Notes: generated by a model from the sequence alone, not told the origin. A stretch of DNA of 64,000 nucleotides from Marsupella aquatica (GCA_973895155.1 OZ316893.1:2872430-2936429), one strand, 5' to 3'; counted from the first letter of the stretch, positions 37,734 to 51,140 are shown. A program made the numbers and translations.

Positions 37734-39234
37734 TGTCCTTAATTATGAAGCTTTGAGATACTCTAATGTGTCACACTTGAGAGCATACAAGCCAAAGCTC
37801 GATTCAGAATCTACTCACTCTAGATTTTTAGCGTCTACTGCAATTAGCTCGGATCGAGCTACGTTACACCATGACTATGCCTTGACAAAAGGTGACTGTG
37901 TCTTTGCAAAAAGGTAAGTAACCAAGTTTTCAAATCAGACTCCATATCAGCAAAGCACCTACAGTACTAGCTTGCAGTCGTAGATCTTCATTATCATAGA
38001 CCTGATTACTGGGGCCCTTAATTTCTTTCTTTCTGGTGCAACTCAGTTTCTTACTACAATTTAGTTCTCCAGACTTAAGTCAGCGTAGTGGTGGACGGTT
38101 CTCGCTTCAAACTGGCCCATGCCTGGACTGTTTTGTTGATCTCGATTTTAAGCAATTCATGTTGATAAGTTCACCAGCTAGTCGTAGTTCCAAACTAGCA
38201 AGTCAACCTAGCTGCCATAACTGTAAAGTAGTTGCCAGGATCCCAGCACCAAATTCTCGGTCGAAGAACCTTTTACAGATTGAAGTGAAATTTTCTCTAG
38301 ACACGGCATTCATTTTTTCTGCCAACCCGTGAAATTTCTTTCCTGTGATTTCGTCGAGCGATCTCGTCCAATTCAGTATTACTCCTGATGATTTCGTCAG
38401 TCTTGTCCGATCCAGGAAGTCCAGCAGCAATGGCAGTGATTTTTATCAAATTGAACTCACCTTGTATCCCGGCCTTGTGTCAACCACATCTTGTAGGTCA
38501 TCTCGATAACCTTGCGGGCCCCTTCTCTAGCACTGTAGAAACACAAGAAGTCAGCCGGGATTGACTCACAGATGCAACAGAAGCCTCATGCGTGGTCATT
38601 CGTCGGAGGAGTGCTCCGTCGGTGTACACTTCCGAAAACACTGCTCGACATCTCAGCGCATGACAGCCCCTTTTGGCGGGTAGAGCTCTGACTATCGTTG
38701 GATGAGTAAGAACAGTGCGTCCACAGTGCAGACTTTAATGTGATCCTCAGCCACACCCGCCGCGACTTTTGGAAAGCTGGGCGTCGGAGGTTTATCTATT
38801 ATGTCTTAGTTTCATCCGTAGCTGTGATATCGTCATCACATACGGGCTGCTTGGATGATTCTAATAAATCGCAGTCTTTCATCGCTTACGTGTGAAGTCG
38901 CCTCTGTGGTTCCCAAAAGGCACATTCTTAAATTCCGATTCTTAACTCGTCAGCGATATCTCCTCCGAAAATCGTTAAAATCCTTCGGTTAGTTGCCGTT
39001 TTGCTATCAACTCACATTTGCAATTCGGTTGATAAGACCTGAGCAATATCATCCCAGGGTGAACCTTGTTATGGTGGATTGCCCTCTTTCGCGTACTTCG
39101 AAGTTTTCCTTGGAATACTGAGAGTAAAACCAGATAGTTGTTCTCCTTTGGGTTTCTGCATAAATTGTACGCTCTACTCACGATAGGCAGTTAACTTCCT
39201 ATCCCCGTTCCCACCTCGTTCCCGCCTATCAACT

Positions 39235-40043
39235 ATGGGTCGCCAAAAAAATTATGTATCCTTCGCTGTTGTGGCTACAATCGTCGTGATGTTCCTGCTT
39301 CTGTCCGTGTTTTTGTTCGAGCTCGCTGACGCCAAACGACCGTCGAAAGGTGCGTTGCATTTCCTGACCCTTTGCCTAACCAACTGTTCCAGTTTTAACC
39401 AATAAATCATGATCTGCAATGATGCATTAGTCTTGAAGTATGTCAAGTGCTAGTGAGTCACACGACCGACGTCATGCCTGCTGGAGAAATTTCAGCCCTC
39501 TGATCGACCACTAGAGGCCCCGATTTTCCCGTCTCGCAGGTCTTCATCTGAGTGGGTTTCTCTCATTGAATACACCCGTAGTGAGAAGAAATTAAAATGT
39601 ACAAAACTTCGTAACTTCGTTCCTACAATCACTCTAGAGTCCTTGCCAAGCCCACAATTTAGTTGTTTGCCTTGGGACACCCGTCTCATTATAATCAGTT
39701 CCACAGGCCAATTCTGTTGCAGCCACACAACGTCTTGGACTGGCCCGATTCTCTTACCACCCACTAAATTGATGAACTTGTTCTAATCCAAGCTTTCAGT
39801 TGCGATTCCTGCTTATCAATTGGGTACGTGAAAGTCTTTTAAAAATGCTTTCATTGTATAGTTTTGAAGTTTCCAATTGCTCAAGATGCCAGTGACTAAT
39901 TTCTGCCAGCCATTGATCATGCAACAGGTTGTCCTAAAGGAGTGGTTTACGTCCCGGAGTGTCCCTGTGCCTCTGCAGCATGCTGTGCGTCTGTTGCGCC
40001 TTGTTTTATGCCCTATGGATGCAGGCCAGGAGACTGCACTTGA
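39235..40043 (+). CDS. Secreted cysteine-rich peptide B, 76 aa, exons 39235-39349 and 39928-40043
   Basis: MGRQKNYVSFAVVATIVVMFLLLSVFLFELADA-KRPSK|GCPKGVVYVPECPCASAACCASVAPCFMPYGCRPGDCT*. 8 Cys and a GT-AG phase-1 intron. Exon 1 is 115 nt in both paralogs. Confidence 0.85.
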
Positions 40044-41156
40044 TTCACTATCGATTCATTCACCATGCTCCCATGTACAAGAGTAGTACTGTCGGATCAT
40101 GGGCTGGGTTCTTTGCTTCAATTTTCTTGTGCCCGCAAAGTTAAGGTCCGGCGTTCGAGATAATGGTACTGCAGGCAGATTGCCCCATTCTGCATCTTCA
40201 AAATGACAGACCAGCCGCCACTGAGAGCAACAAGACATAATTATACACAGGAGGACATGTAGTCATCCTCCGCTTAGGAGAACACAAATTCCATATTTAG
40301 CTGACAGAATTACGGAGACTTGGTGCCAGTTTGCTAATAAAAAGGAGTGCCGTGCAAATTACCACTATTCCATCACAGTACTTGAGGACAAAAGAGCTCC
40401 AGTATGATACCAGAGCTACGTACCAAGTGTACACCGAACGAGGGCCATGGCTTTTGTTTGTGATTTTTCAGGGAAAGCAGCTACACTACTGCGCGCGTAT
40501 TTATAATTCTAGCTTGCTCCTTAATCTTCTGGGTTTGAGTACCTATCTTGCATTGGTTCATAGTTAGATGATGAGAAATCGGCAGGCCGATGGCTGTCAT
40601 ACCGTGGCCCTGCATCAAAATGGGTTAGATCCTTCAACCTAAGATCGCTAGAATGTTGTTGATTGAAGTATCTGGAGTATGATGACAAGTGTCTGACTTC
40701 CTGGAATCTAATCTTAAGTTTGAATGATTTTTGCAACTTTCAATGATTCTACACTTCAGCATCCCAGCCCCTCTAGATCAATCTGTTGTCGGAAATTCGT
40801 CGTCCTCTGTTTTCTCGCAGTGATAATGTATCTCGCTCATGCAACCAACGAGTAGTAGATTAAGATGAAGTCTGGTCTGAATTGCCTCAGCACCACCGAC
40901 TCTTCCGTTGTCAAACAAATCTACGGAACTGTAATCAGGGCCTGGCTGCCTTAGGTGCACCTAAAATTCTCCACCCAATTGATGACCTACCGCAGCCACT
41001 CAAGAACTTCAACCTCGCATGGTTGGTGCGTTTGCAAAACGAAACTCAATGCGAAGATATTCGTTGATTGCTAGTAGGCGACGAACCAAATTTATCGAGG
41101 TTAAATAATTTATGAAAAAATCCTACACTTTAGGGGGTCCTAGGCCTTAAAAATGT

Positions 41157-41222
41157 CATATGTGATAGAGAGACTCCATATGTGATAGAGAGACTCCATA
41201 TGTGATAGAGAGACCTCCATAC
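41157..41222 (+). repeat. 20-bp tandem repeat CATATGTGATAGAGAGACTC x3
   Basis: Seen directly in the sequence. Confidence 0.9.
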
Positions 41223-41242
41223 AGTGAGACCCCAATAGAGTT

Positions 41243-41599
41243 ACTGCAGCCATATATAGTTAGGCTAACCATAGTCGGGACCATAATTGGAGACTTGGTT
41301 AGGTTGGCCATTTTACATGGTATATAATACTCAAACAAGTGTTTTCTTGTGTGATTGAAGGAATTTAGACTAATTGTTATAAAACCACTATCTTGAGAGA
41401 TAGGTGCAGAGAGCTTGTGTTGTGGAGATTTGGTATCAATGGCTGATGGGCCTAGCTAGAGTGCAATAAAGTTTTGATGAACATGGCCTGATCAATAAAA
41501 GATGAACCATATATCTCTTGCTATCAATTACTTGTTTGTTAGATAATCACATGTGCATGTTGTTGTGAGTTCTGTGGGGAGCTTTTTCTATGCTCAACA
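41243..41599 (+). mobile_element. Old degraded LTR of the same Copia-related family
   Basis: Colinear similarity to 35702-36015 (ATAGTTAGGCTAACC, AGACTTGGTTAGGTT, TTGAGAGATAG, AGAGTGCAATAAAG, TGAACCA..TATCTCT, TCTATGCTCAACA). The left boundary is uncertain. Confidence 0.7.
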
Positions 41600-43981
41600 T
41601 TCTTTGTACCCTTAGGCTAGGTCCAAGTCCACTCATCAGAATTAAAAAACTTATCCTCAGTGGACCCCTTGGAAGTGTGAAATAAATTGATTAGTTGTGG
41701 TAGCAGAAAGGCCCCCTTTTTGTAGGATCTAGAAATGATGTCCCAAGCAACACAAGCTTTGTCATTGGCACCAGCAAACAATGGTTCCCCACAAGAAAGT
41801 ACGGCATTTTTCCTAATTGCTTGAATGTATTCAGTGTTATAATGGATGTTAAGCAATATAAGATCCCATGAACCATTTATGTTTCTTACTTAGACTCATA
41901 CCTCCTAAAACTTTCTAGAACGATTTTTTGAACATTTGTTTATTACTATTTGGAATAGTCTTGCGACATTCCAAAATGTGCTTTTAAAATTATATCCTTA
42001 TTTCTTATAAGTGATTGTCAAAATATATTGTATTTAGAAGATGCAAATAGATGTAAAATTTAAAGTCTTACCTTAGAACAAATGAAACAATTTTATATTT
42101 GGTTGCACATGAGGTGTTGTTTTCATGGAAATACGACCCCTTAGCATGTTTAATTTTATGCTCCAAGACTATTCTAAATAAGGGTAGACAATTAGCAAAA
42201 AATGCTGTTTTAGAGTTAAACTTCAGTAGGTACTAGGTGAATACATTGACCAACCAAACAAGAAGAGGATATGACCTGCCAAGGAGTGCGTTTTTAGTTT
42301 TGCAAAAAACTATGGAAATTGGACATTGTTTTTGCGAAAACTCAATTTGGCAAAAGAATCCAATTTTTGATCCAATATGTGATTCCAAATATGGATACTT
42401 TTTGTCCAAAAATGCCAAATCAGGGAAATCTCCAAATCCGTAGCACTTAACCACTCTTGCAAGGAATATGTTTCGTTTGCTAAAACAGCTCTTATTCCCC
42501 ACTACTTTTTTGCATCCCAAATTAGTTTTCACTTAATTCCTTGTCACTGACCAGATTTCTGGCAGTTGTCAATAACAGTAAAAATTGGCGCAACATGTTA
42601 GTACAGTTTTTAATAGTACTAACCCGTGTATTAATTAGTACTTAAATCCTTGAAAGTAAAGACTGGATGGACCCAGGGGTTTTCTCTGAAGCCCCCACGG
42701 ATGGACTCCAAAGCTAGGATGGACTGAGTGTGACTCAGAAAATCAAATTCTGCTCAGATAGCACTCTTCACAGTTTTGACTCATATTAACTTCTATAATA
42801 CAAGGTTGTGCTTTTTTTTGCCGTGGTCGTCATTCAACAATACAGTGCCAAGAAAAGAAGTAATCAAATAAAGAGAAGGGATAAAATCAAAACCAAATTA
42901 AATATAGAGTGAACCAAAAAGTACAGGAATTTTTTTTACACAAAAAATAATCAACTGGTGGACACAAAAAACAAAAAATGTAACTAACCCTGTTGCATGG
43001 ACTTTCACACAAAAAAGAATCTAATGGTGGAAACAAAGGACAAAAAAGGTACCTAACACTGGTGTATGCAAGAGTATCATAAGTCATTATATACCATATC
43101 CTCTCCCCCTTTTGGGAACCTCCTGTCTCCTCTTCCCGGGCCCTGGTTCTTGACACTTCTTTGGACCCATCATCCCCTCCTGCCCAGTCACCCCCTTGTT
43201 CTCCCCCTCATCCCCTCGCCTCCCTGATCCGCAACCCCCATCTCCGTTGTTGTCCCCCTTACCCCCCCTCTCTGTCACATCCCCTCCACCTCCTGTTGTT
43301 TCCGCCACCTCCCCCCAGCCTTCACCCACCCCATCCCCTCCATCATCGCCTACTTCTCTGGCCCCGCCCCCTAACCCAGTGCCCCCTCCTACGTCTTTTC
43401 CTTCCTCACCCTCTCTCGTGACAGCCCCTGCCCCCTCCGACCCTTCTACGTCATGTTATGTGCCCCCTCACGTGTGTAACCCCCCCAGCAGTTCACCCTC
43501 CTCCACCCCTCCCTCTGCCCGCCTTCATCGGCCCTCCTCGCCTCCCTCCTCCCCTTCCGATGCTCGGGTCCAATGTGACGCTTGTCACCACTCGTACCAG
43601 CCGTCTGGTTTGGCCCGGCATCGCCGTTTGTGCCCGGCCTTACGGGACCCTGCCTCCACCATGCCCCCCCCCCTCCTCCATCCCCTTCCTCTCCTCCCCC
43701 CTCGTCCTAGGAGTGGTTGTCTCATTTGGATGTCTTTGCCGCCCTTTTTCCTGGTTTTCGTCACCCCCATTTGTACACTCGGATCCCGGTACCTTGCGAC
43801 CCCTCTTGCAGAGCGCCTTTCGTCTCCCTTTGGATCGCCTGGCTCAGGACCCCACGGACTCTGCGGCCTGGTCCTTGCTTCTCTTGCTTCCCCATTGGGT
43901 GTTGGTTCTTCCTCCTCGGGGTGGCCCCGCTGGCCACTGGGAGACCCATGGTCGTCTTCAGCGTTTTCTATCGGGAGACTG

Positions 43982-45569
43982 TGTCGTATGCTATCAAAAG
44001 TAAATATCATCGAATATATGCTAAAAACTCGGTGTTCGTTCCCGTGGAAGAACAAAAATGGGATGAAAAGATGTTTTAAAGTATTTTGAGTGTTTTAGAG
44101 ATGGTACTAAACATCTATAAGAAAAATAGAATTTTAAATAAAACACAAGGAATTAATAAAATAAGAACAAAGTGACATTTGCTGGACAACAGAATCTTAG
44201 AGCTTTTAGAGGTATAGTTTAGCAATATTTAACTCCGTCACCATGTCTTAAGAAAGAGCTATGGCATTATTTGAGACGTTGATAAGTCAAACATAACCTT
44301 GCTATAGCTGCTCTCTAGGTTTCTATCATAAATCTATGTTTAAGAAGTGTCTATGCTCACAAAACCCAAGATAAGTTTCAGATTGTGTGTATAGTAGTGT
44401 GTCATTAAAATGCCGGCAACATGTTTCCTTCTTCAGCGATGCACAATTCCAAAGAAAAAACTAATGCACATTCAGTATACCACAATGGTACTTCAAATCC
44501 GTGAATTAAGAATGTCGCTACTTCTTAACATATAGATTTCTATTCCTTGATTTCATGCAATACTTATCTTCCAAAGATAAGTCCTTCATGTAAATACAGA
44601 AATGGACAACAAATGTTGTAGTTTGGATTAGGCACCGACCAACGGATCTTCTAATACATTCCACAAACTGTATTTTTATGGGTTTTACTTCTTACGGTAA
44701 TTGCAACATGCATTACCATATGAAGGAGGGGTAGACTCCTAGCATGAGTAATCAAATTCCAAGGTATGCAAATCTTCCTTGCAAAATTGCATTACACGTA
44801 CAAGGGACAAAACTCCAAGATGAGGAGATGCAAATAACCACACTGTCTCAAAATGAGACTGGTGTCACAATAAGTACATGAGATCGCCCACGGGCTAAGG
44901 AGAACGAAGAGACATGCCTCTTCATTTCCTAAGTCTAAACTAAGTAAAGTAAAAGTCAACTTTGACTAAGGAATAGTCAAATGATCAAAGCTAAGTAAAA
45001 GTCTACAAAATAAAATACTAATCTCATACTATAATAGGAGGGTCGAAGCTCGCGCCCTGCTGCTGGCTGCCATGGACGTCCCTGGAAGAAAAGTAGAGAA
45101 GTGTGATCAGGCCGGCGCGGACGTCAAGTTAGGTCGTGGCGGGGTGGACGTCCCGGACGTCCCTACGTGGAGGCCGTCCAAGACGTCCTTGAGTTTTTCA
45201 TGCGGGCCGGCGCGGAGGGAGTCGGCCATCCTTGGCAAAAAATGGGTGCCATCCCGGCCGTCCCTGTGTAGAAGCCGTCCAAGCCAGCGCCGTCTTTGCC
45301 GTCTTTCGTGAGGAGGCCGTCCCTGCCGTCCCTGCGAGGAGGCCGTCCAGGACGTCACCTCATTTGTGAAGCTCCTTTCAACTTCTTGCCGTCTTGACGT
45401 CTAATATGTGAAAACCAGAGTAGCCTTGACGTCTTCCAATAGTATCCTTACCCATTTGAGCTTATACTAACTTAAATTTGCTTAAAGGGCCTTATAAAAA
45501 CTTTAAAAAATTAAAATTTTATGGTTTTGATACTTTAACTCTCTTTTTTAGAATAATCACCTAATTACA
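43982..45569. mobile_element. 1588-bp solo LTR inserted in the CRE ORF
   Basis: TG...CA ends with 5-bp TSD GACTG at 43977-43981 and 45570-45574. Removing it rejoins FLSGD|WVLLQEEY. Contains a cluster of GACGTC/GCCGTCC motifs at 45075-45430. Confidence 0.88.
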
Positions 45570-46675
45570 GACTGGGTTCTGCTCCAGGAGGAATACTACC
45601 TTCGGGTGATGGCAATTGCTTCCCAGTCTTCTGCTTCCCTGATGGTGCCTCAGGTCCCTCCTGTCCAGTGTCGCCTTAGTTTGCCAGTGTCTCATGTTGG
45701 GACAGGCCGGTGAGTACTCTAGAGCGGCATGCTCCTTGAATCCCCTCACGCCTGCACCTTCCTCGGAGGAGACCATTGTCGCTCTTCGGTCCCTTCATCC
45801 CCGGTGTCTGTCAAAGTCCTAGGGTTTGTTGCTAGCTTTGTACCCGAGTCTGAGTTTTCCCTATCCAGGGAGGTGTTCATTTCTGTTTTCCTTCACCACC
45901 CCTGCCTTTCGGCTGCCGGCGTCTCGGGGATGATGTTTGATCACTTACGAGACTGCTTTCTTCCTGATGACTCTGCATCAGGCTTTTCACAACTTTTCCA
46001 GGTTTGTGCGCATGTTGCCGGGGGCCGTATTCCTCCGGTTGTGGCCCAGCTCTTGGGGGCCAGCCGTCTCTTGGCCATGGCTAAGGCGCCTTCTGGGGTG
46101 CGGCCCATCGCTATTGGTGAGGTTCTTTATCGGATGGTCAATCGTTGTGTTTGCCTTCAAACTCGGTCACCTTTTGCTTCTCACCTCTCCCCTCATCAGT
46201 TTGGAGTGGCCACCCCTAGGGGTTGTGAGAGTGTTGTGCATGGCCTACGTGCGATTGCAGATATCCATCCTGAGTGGGCGGTCCTCCAGGTGGACGTGGC
46301 CAACACCTTCAACACTGTCTCGCGGCGTGCTATTTTTGAGGAGTTGCGGGAGGCGGGTGGGGAGATTGCATCCCTCATTCCTTTGTTCGGGCCTTCTATG
46401 GGACGTACTCCTGCCCTGTTGTTCTAACCTGATCGCCTTAGTCCTGGCTCTTACATGACTATTCTTTCTGAGTCTGGTACTTGGTAGGGGGATCCCATTG
46501 GTGAGGCTTTATTTGCCATGGCACACTTTCGGGCTCTCCAGGCCTCTTCACTTGCCTTTCCGGGGTGCATGTTTCCGTCCATTGCTGATGACACTCATCT
46601 GGTTGGGCCCACCTCGATCCTTGGTGCTGCTTATCTCCACTTTGGTGACCAGTTGGCGCTTCTTGGCCTTTCGGT

Positions 46676-46971
46676 CTCGGGGGTCTCACTACATGGGGAC
46701 CTCCCCATCACCTGCGACGTTTTTAGGCCTTGGACCCCCTAAAATGTAAGAATTTTTTTTATTTTTTAACCCCTATAAAGTTGGAATATTCTTGGAATAT
46801 TCCAAAAATTGGATTTAAAAGGCCCTAATGTTTTTATAAGTCTCAAAATTGAATTTAAAAGACCCTATTGTTCTTCTACAAAAATTCTTAAGTCTTCCCT
46901 TACAACCAATAAAATGACCCTATCCTTCGTCGCACGTGATATGCCATTTTTGTGGAAGTGAAACCCTCGAG
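46676..46971 (-). mobile_element. MITE (296 bp), TIR CTCGRGGGTYTCACT, 8-bp TSD CTTTCGGT
   Basis: TSD at 46668-46675 and 46972-46979. Excision restores RT ...LLGLSV|QSRKC. Confidence 0.88.
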
Positions 46972-48559
46972 CTTTCGGTACAATCTCGAAAGTGCAGGGT
47001 CTGGTCTCTGCTTCCTCTCCCGGATTCTTTCTCCCCTCCCCTTGGTGTCCCCCTTCGTGAGGAGGGCATTTGGGTCCTTGGGGTCCCATTTGGGGAGGAT
47101 GCTTTTGTCCGTGACTTTTTGCAAGTGGCATTATCTCAAGATGTTCTTCACATCAACCAGTTGGTGGTCCTTGGCGACGTTCAGATTGCCTTCTTGATTT
47201 TGGTCCAGTGCTTTGTCCGGCGCCCCTCATACCTGCTTCGGACTGTTCCGCCCATTCCATTGTTTTTTGTCATTGTTGTCATCCTTTGACACCATTGTGA
47301 TGGGGACCTTTGGACACCTTATTGGCCATGGAGCCCTTGACGGAGAGGATGGTTCTTTTGCCGCTCGGCAGGCTGCCCTACCGCCTTCCGGCGGTGGCAT
47401 GGGTATTTCCTTGGCTGTTTCTACTGCCCCTTGTGCATTCCTTGGGAGTTGGGCGCAGGTGGCCCCTGCCCTTGCTTCTCGTTTCATTGTGATCTCCAGC
47501 CCATACTCTTTGACCATGTCATGGGGGTTGAGGAGAGAGTTCTCCCCTTCCAGGTCTGCCTTCGCCACACCCGTTCTCTCCTGCCCGAGGTTGTTCAGGC
47601 CGTTGTTCCTCATTTCATGGAGGTGGTTCTTGACAGTCCGGACCGTGTCCAGCAGGTGATCTCCGACCGCATGCACCATCACACCCTTTCCAGCATGCTC
47701 TCGGATGCACCTTCCGACTTGGTTCGTGCTCGCCTCCTCTCTTGCGCGGGTACGGGTTCTGGAGCTTGGTTGTCTGCCAGTCCTTTGTGGGCCCCTTTCC
47801 GTCTGAGCTCCTTTCTCTTTACCACTTCGTTGCGCCTTCGGTTGGGACTTTTTCACCCTTGCCTTCTTGGCCAACCCACGTGTGTTTGTGGGACATCGTT
47901 GGATTTGTTGGGAGTTCATATTCTCCGGTGCGGCCACGGGAGTGAGCGGACTGCCACCCATGATGACATACGGGATGTGGTGGCTGCCATTGCACGGGAC
48001 TCTGGTTACCATGTTGCCATGGAGCAACGACATGTTCTTCCCCCTCTGGATGGTCTTCCTGACCGGCGGCGCACGGATCTGGTCTTTTCTAGGGCTGGGG
48101 TTCGTGCTCTTGGGGATGTTGTTATTGCTGACCCTACTGGGGGGAGCCATGTTGCGGTCGCTGCCCATGTGCTTGGCCATGTTGCAGCCAAGGCAGCTCG
48201 GCTCAAGGAGGAGGCCTATGTGGTTCGCTACCCGGGGGACCTTTTCTACCCGTTTGCCCTTGAGGTTTTTGGTGCTCTCCACCCTACCTTTGACCAGTTC
48301 TTACGGGCTTGTGCAATGTTTTGTATTGAGCGGAGGCCTTTCCCCCCTATTTCTATCCTCACCGCCTTTTTTCAGCAACGGGTGTCTGTGGCTCTTCAGT
48401 GGGCCCAGGCTTTCACCCTCCTTCGTAGGGCTGAGGCAGTATGTTTTAGGGCTTCCCGGCAGGTTCCGCTACGTGACCCTCCTATGCGGTTTACTCTGGA
48501 GCTCTACCAGGCTTTTCAGTTCTCCGCTCAGTAGGGTGTTGGCCTTCTTGGCTCTTTTG

Positions 48560-48804
48560 CTCGGGGGGTCACTTCCATGGAAGTGGCATATCATGTGCGA
48601 CGAAGTATAGGGCCATTTAAATGGTTTTGGCGGAAGACTTAATATTAAGTTTTCTATGGAAATATAGGGTTGTTTAATTGCAAAATGCATACGTGTCATC
48701 ACATGATTGGTGCCGTACAACTTTCTAGAAAGTGACTTAAGGGGGTCACAAATGACCCAAACTGTCGCACGTGATGTATGACCCTTCATATAGTGACCCC
48801 CGAG
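48560..48804 (+). mobile_element. MITE (245 bp) of the same family, 8-bp TSD CTCTTTTG
   Basis: TIRs CTCGGGGG(G)TCACT. TSD at 48552-48559 and 48805-48812. Its left end matches the reverse complement of the right end of 46676-46971. Confidence 0.88.
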
Positions 48805-49389
48805 CTCTTTTGTTGGTTCCCATTTTTGGCCCCTGCTTCTTTGTTGTTTGTTGGTTGGGGTCCCCTTGGCATGTTTTTCTTGGGGCCCTTCCCTCTTTTT
48901 CCTCCCTTCATTGGGTTGCTTTGCCATTGGGATCATGTCTCCCGGTTCGGCGTTTTTTTTGCCTTTGAGCAGTGTGATGTCTAAAAATGGATATGTTATT
49001 ATTTACAAACTCAATAAAAAATGGGAACAATCCTAGATTTTAGAGATTAATAGAGATATCTTATCCATATCTCTATTATATAACCTCAATTACGTCTGCC
49101 CAAGTTATCCATAGCCTACCCAAACCAAGATTAAAAACATTAATTGAATATTAATTAAAAACTAATTATTAAAGTTGAGACTTAAAAAATTGGATAATAA
49201 TTTTAAAGTTTTGAAAACTTGAGTATAAATAATATATATGATATTAATTTCTCTAAAATTTTAAAATAAAAAACATATTTTTTCTATCACTTCGTTGTGC
49301 TTGGACTCTATGTTGCGGTGACTATTATCTCAATCTCCAATTTCTATGTGCAGTAGCACGAGTTGTTGCACACCACCACAACAACTTTA

Positions 49390-50300
49390 CCTTGCCTTGA
49401 CATATTTTTCTCATCTTGCCATTTTTTCTCACATTGACATTTTTATCTCACCACAATTTTCTCAACCTCAACATCATTTAGGTCCTTGATTTTTGTTTCT
49501 CTCCTTGATATATTTTCTCACCTGACTCGACATTTTTTCTCACCTTGACATCTTTCTCTCACCACAACATATTTCCTTCACCCTTGACATATTTTCTCTC
49601 ATCAACGGCTTCACCTCGCCATATTTTTTAATCTCCTCGACATCTTTTCTTCACCTTGACTTCTTTCTCTCACCTCAACATCTCTTTTTGTCATTGACAT
49701 TTGTTTTCACCTCGACATCTGACCTTTTTCTCACCTTCACAGTTTTATCTCACCACAACATTTGTCCCTCACCCTCAACACCTTTTTCTCATCTTCACAT
49801 GTTTTTCTTACTATCGCCATCTTTTCATCTCCTTGACATAGTTTTTGCTCTACTTCTTTTTCTTAGCTCAACATCTCTTTTTCTTAATATCAACAAGATT
49901 CTTTGTTCATCTCGACATCTTTTTCTCACCTCAACATTTCTCTCCTTGACATCTTTTTCTCCCTTCAACTTCTTTATCTTCATTATGGGGCTACAACTAT
50001 TTCACTAGGTTGGTAAACTTCTGTCTTAATAACGTCTCTTTTACTTAATGACAACTTTTCTCTTAATGACATCTTGGGCAACGTGGCATTTCTTTTCTTT
50101 AGGACATATTGGGTGCCACAACATCTTTTTTCCTAACAATATCTTGGCTGGAAAGATATCTTTTGTCTTAAGGATATCTTGGGGGACACAATATCATTTT
50201 TCTTAAGTACATCTTGGGTGTCACAACATATTTCTGTTAACAACATCTTGGGTGACATGATATTTTTTTTCTTTATTAATGACACATTGGGCGCCCAAGG
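49390..50300 (+). repeat. Degenerate pyrimidine-rich satellite (TTGACATCTTTTCTCACC and ACATCTTGGGTGACAC units), related to the 37.1-37.7 kb array
   Basis: Recurrent GACATCTTT/ACATCTTGGG cores. Confidence 0.75.
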
Positions 50301-51140
50301 TCCTCACTTCTTTTCTTCCGACCCATCACGCGTGAATAAGTATAGGGTTTTTTTATTGGGTTTAGTGAAATACTTTAAAATTTTTGTTGAAGAACATTAA
50401 GGCCCTGGGCCCTTAGTGTTACTAATACAGGGAGGACGTGCGAACAACACAAGGGTATTTTTAATGTAATGCAAACTAATTTTTATAATAGTTTTTAAAG
50501 TAGGCAACATCCCTCTATATACATTCGCCATAATATTAGTAATAAGACTCTTATCAAATACATGTCACATAAATCTTATGCAAGGGTACCCAAAATGCCA
50601 AGTACAAGCGTCACTATATGGTTGGCACACATGTCATCACTTCATTTGCACACGTGTCCATATAGTAAATCAAACATTTAATTATTTATCGTCTTAAGGC
50701 AAGTTTGGTTTCGTTGGTCCCCTTATGGTGAAACAAATGGGTTTGGGTAGACATGTTTACCCGCATGTTTAGGAGTTAACTGGGGAGTTGAGTAAATGTT
50801 GGGCCATAATCTTTGGGCCCAACTTGGTTGGGAAACTAGGATTGATGGGGATCCATGGATCAATCCCACATGGAAGGACAAGATTACTTTTGAATTCCCT
50901 TGAATCAAACAACCAGGTATGAGGCCAAATGTGTTTGTGTGTTGAGGGAGGGGTCTCAGGCGCTCAACAATGTTTGTTATAGTTGGTTCAGACTTTGGAA
51001 TATTATTCCTGGATTATACATATATAGTACTTATGAAACTAGAAGTTCAGAGGCACTTTTGCGAACACTAAGACAAGAGTGCATGGCTGTGTGTAAACTA
51101 TAGGAAGAACTATAATTTTCTCTTGTACTAATTTTGTTTA

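Larger units (their letters stand above)
43160..48990 (+). mobile_element. Degenerate CRE-clade (RLE-type) non-LTR retrotransposon; ORF ends at 48534; interrupted by a solo LTR and two MITEs
   Basis: Pro-rich N-terminus and Zn finger CDACHHSYQPSGLARHRRLC. RT motifs GVRPIAIGE, HQFGV, CE..VH, QVDVANTFN, SGTW*GDP and SIADD. C-terminal CVCG...HILRC...THD plus the RLE core RRTDL...GDVVIADP...LKEEAY...PFALEVFG. Several frameshifts and stops. Outer limits are approximate. Confidence 0.85.

Noticed and set aside
43196-43560. Extensin/PERK-like Pro-Ser-rich host protein
   Set aside because: It runs directly into the Zn finger and CRE ORF, has no signal peptide, and is better explained as the retroelement N-terminus.
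47227-48282. 351-aa minus-strand ORF and other overlapping ORFs in the LINE
   Set aside because: GC-rich antisense or alternate frames of the retrotransposon ORF.
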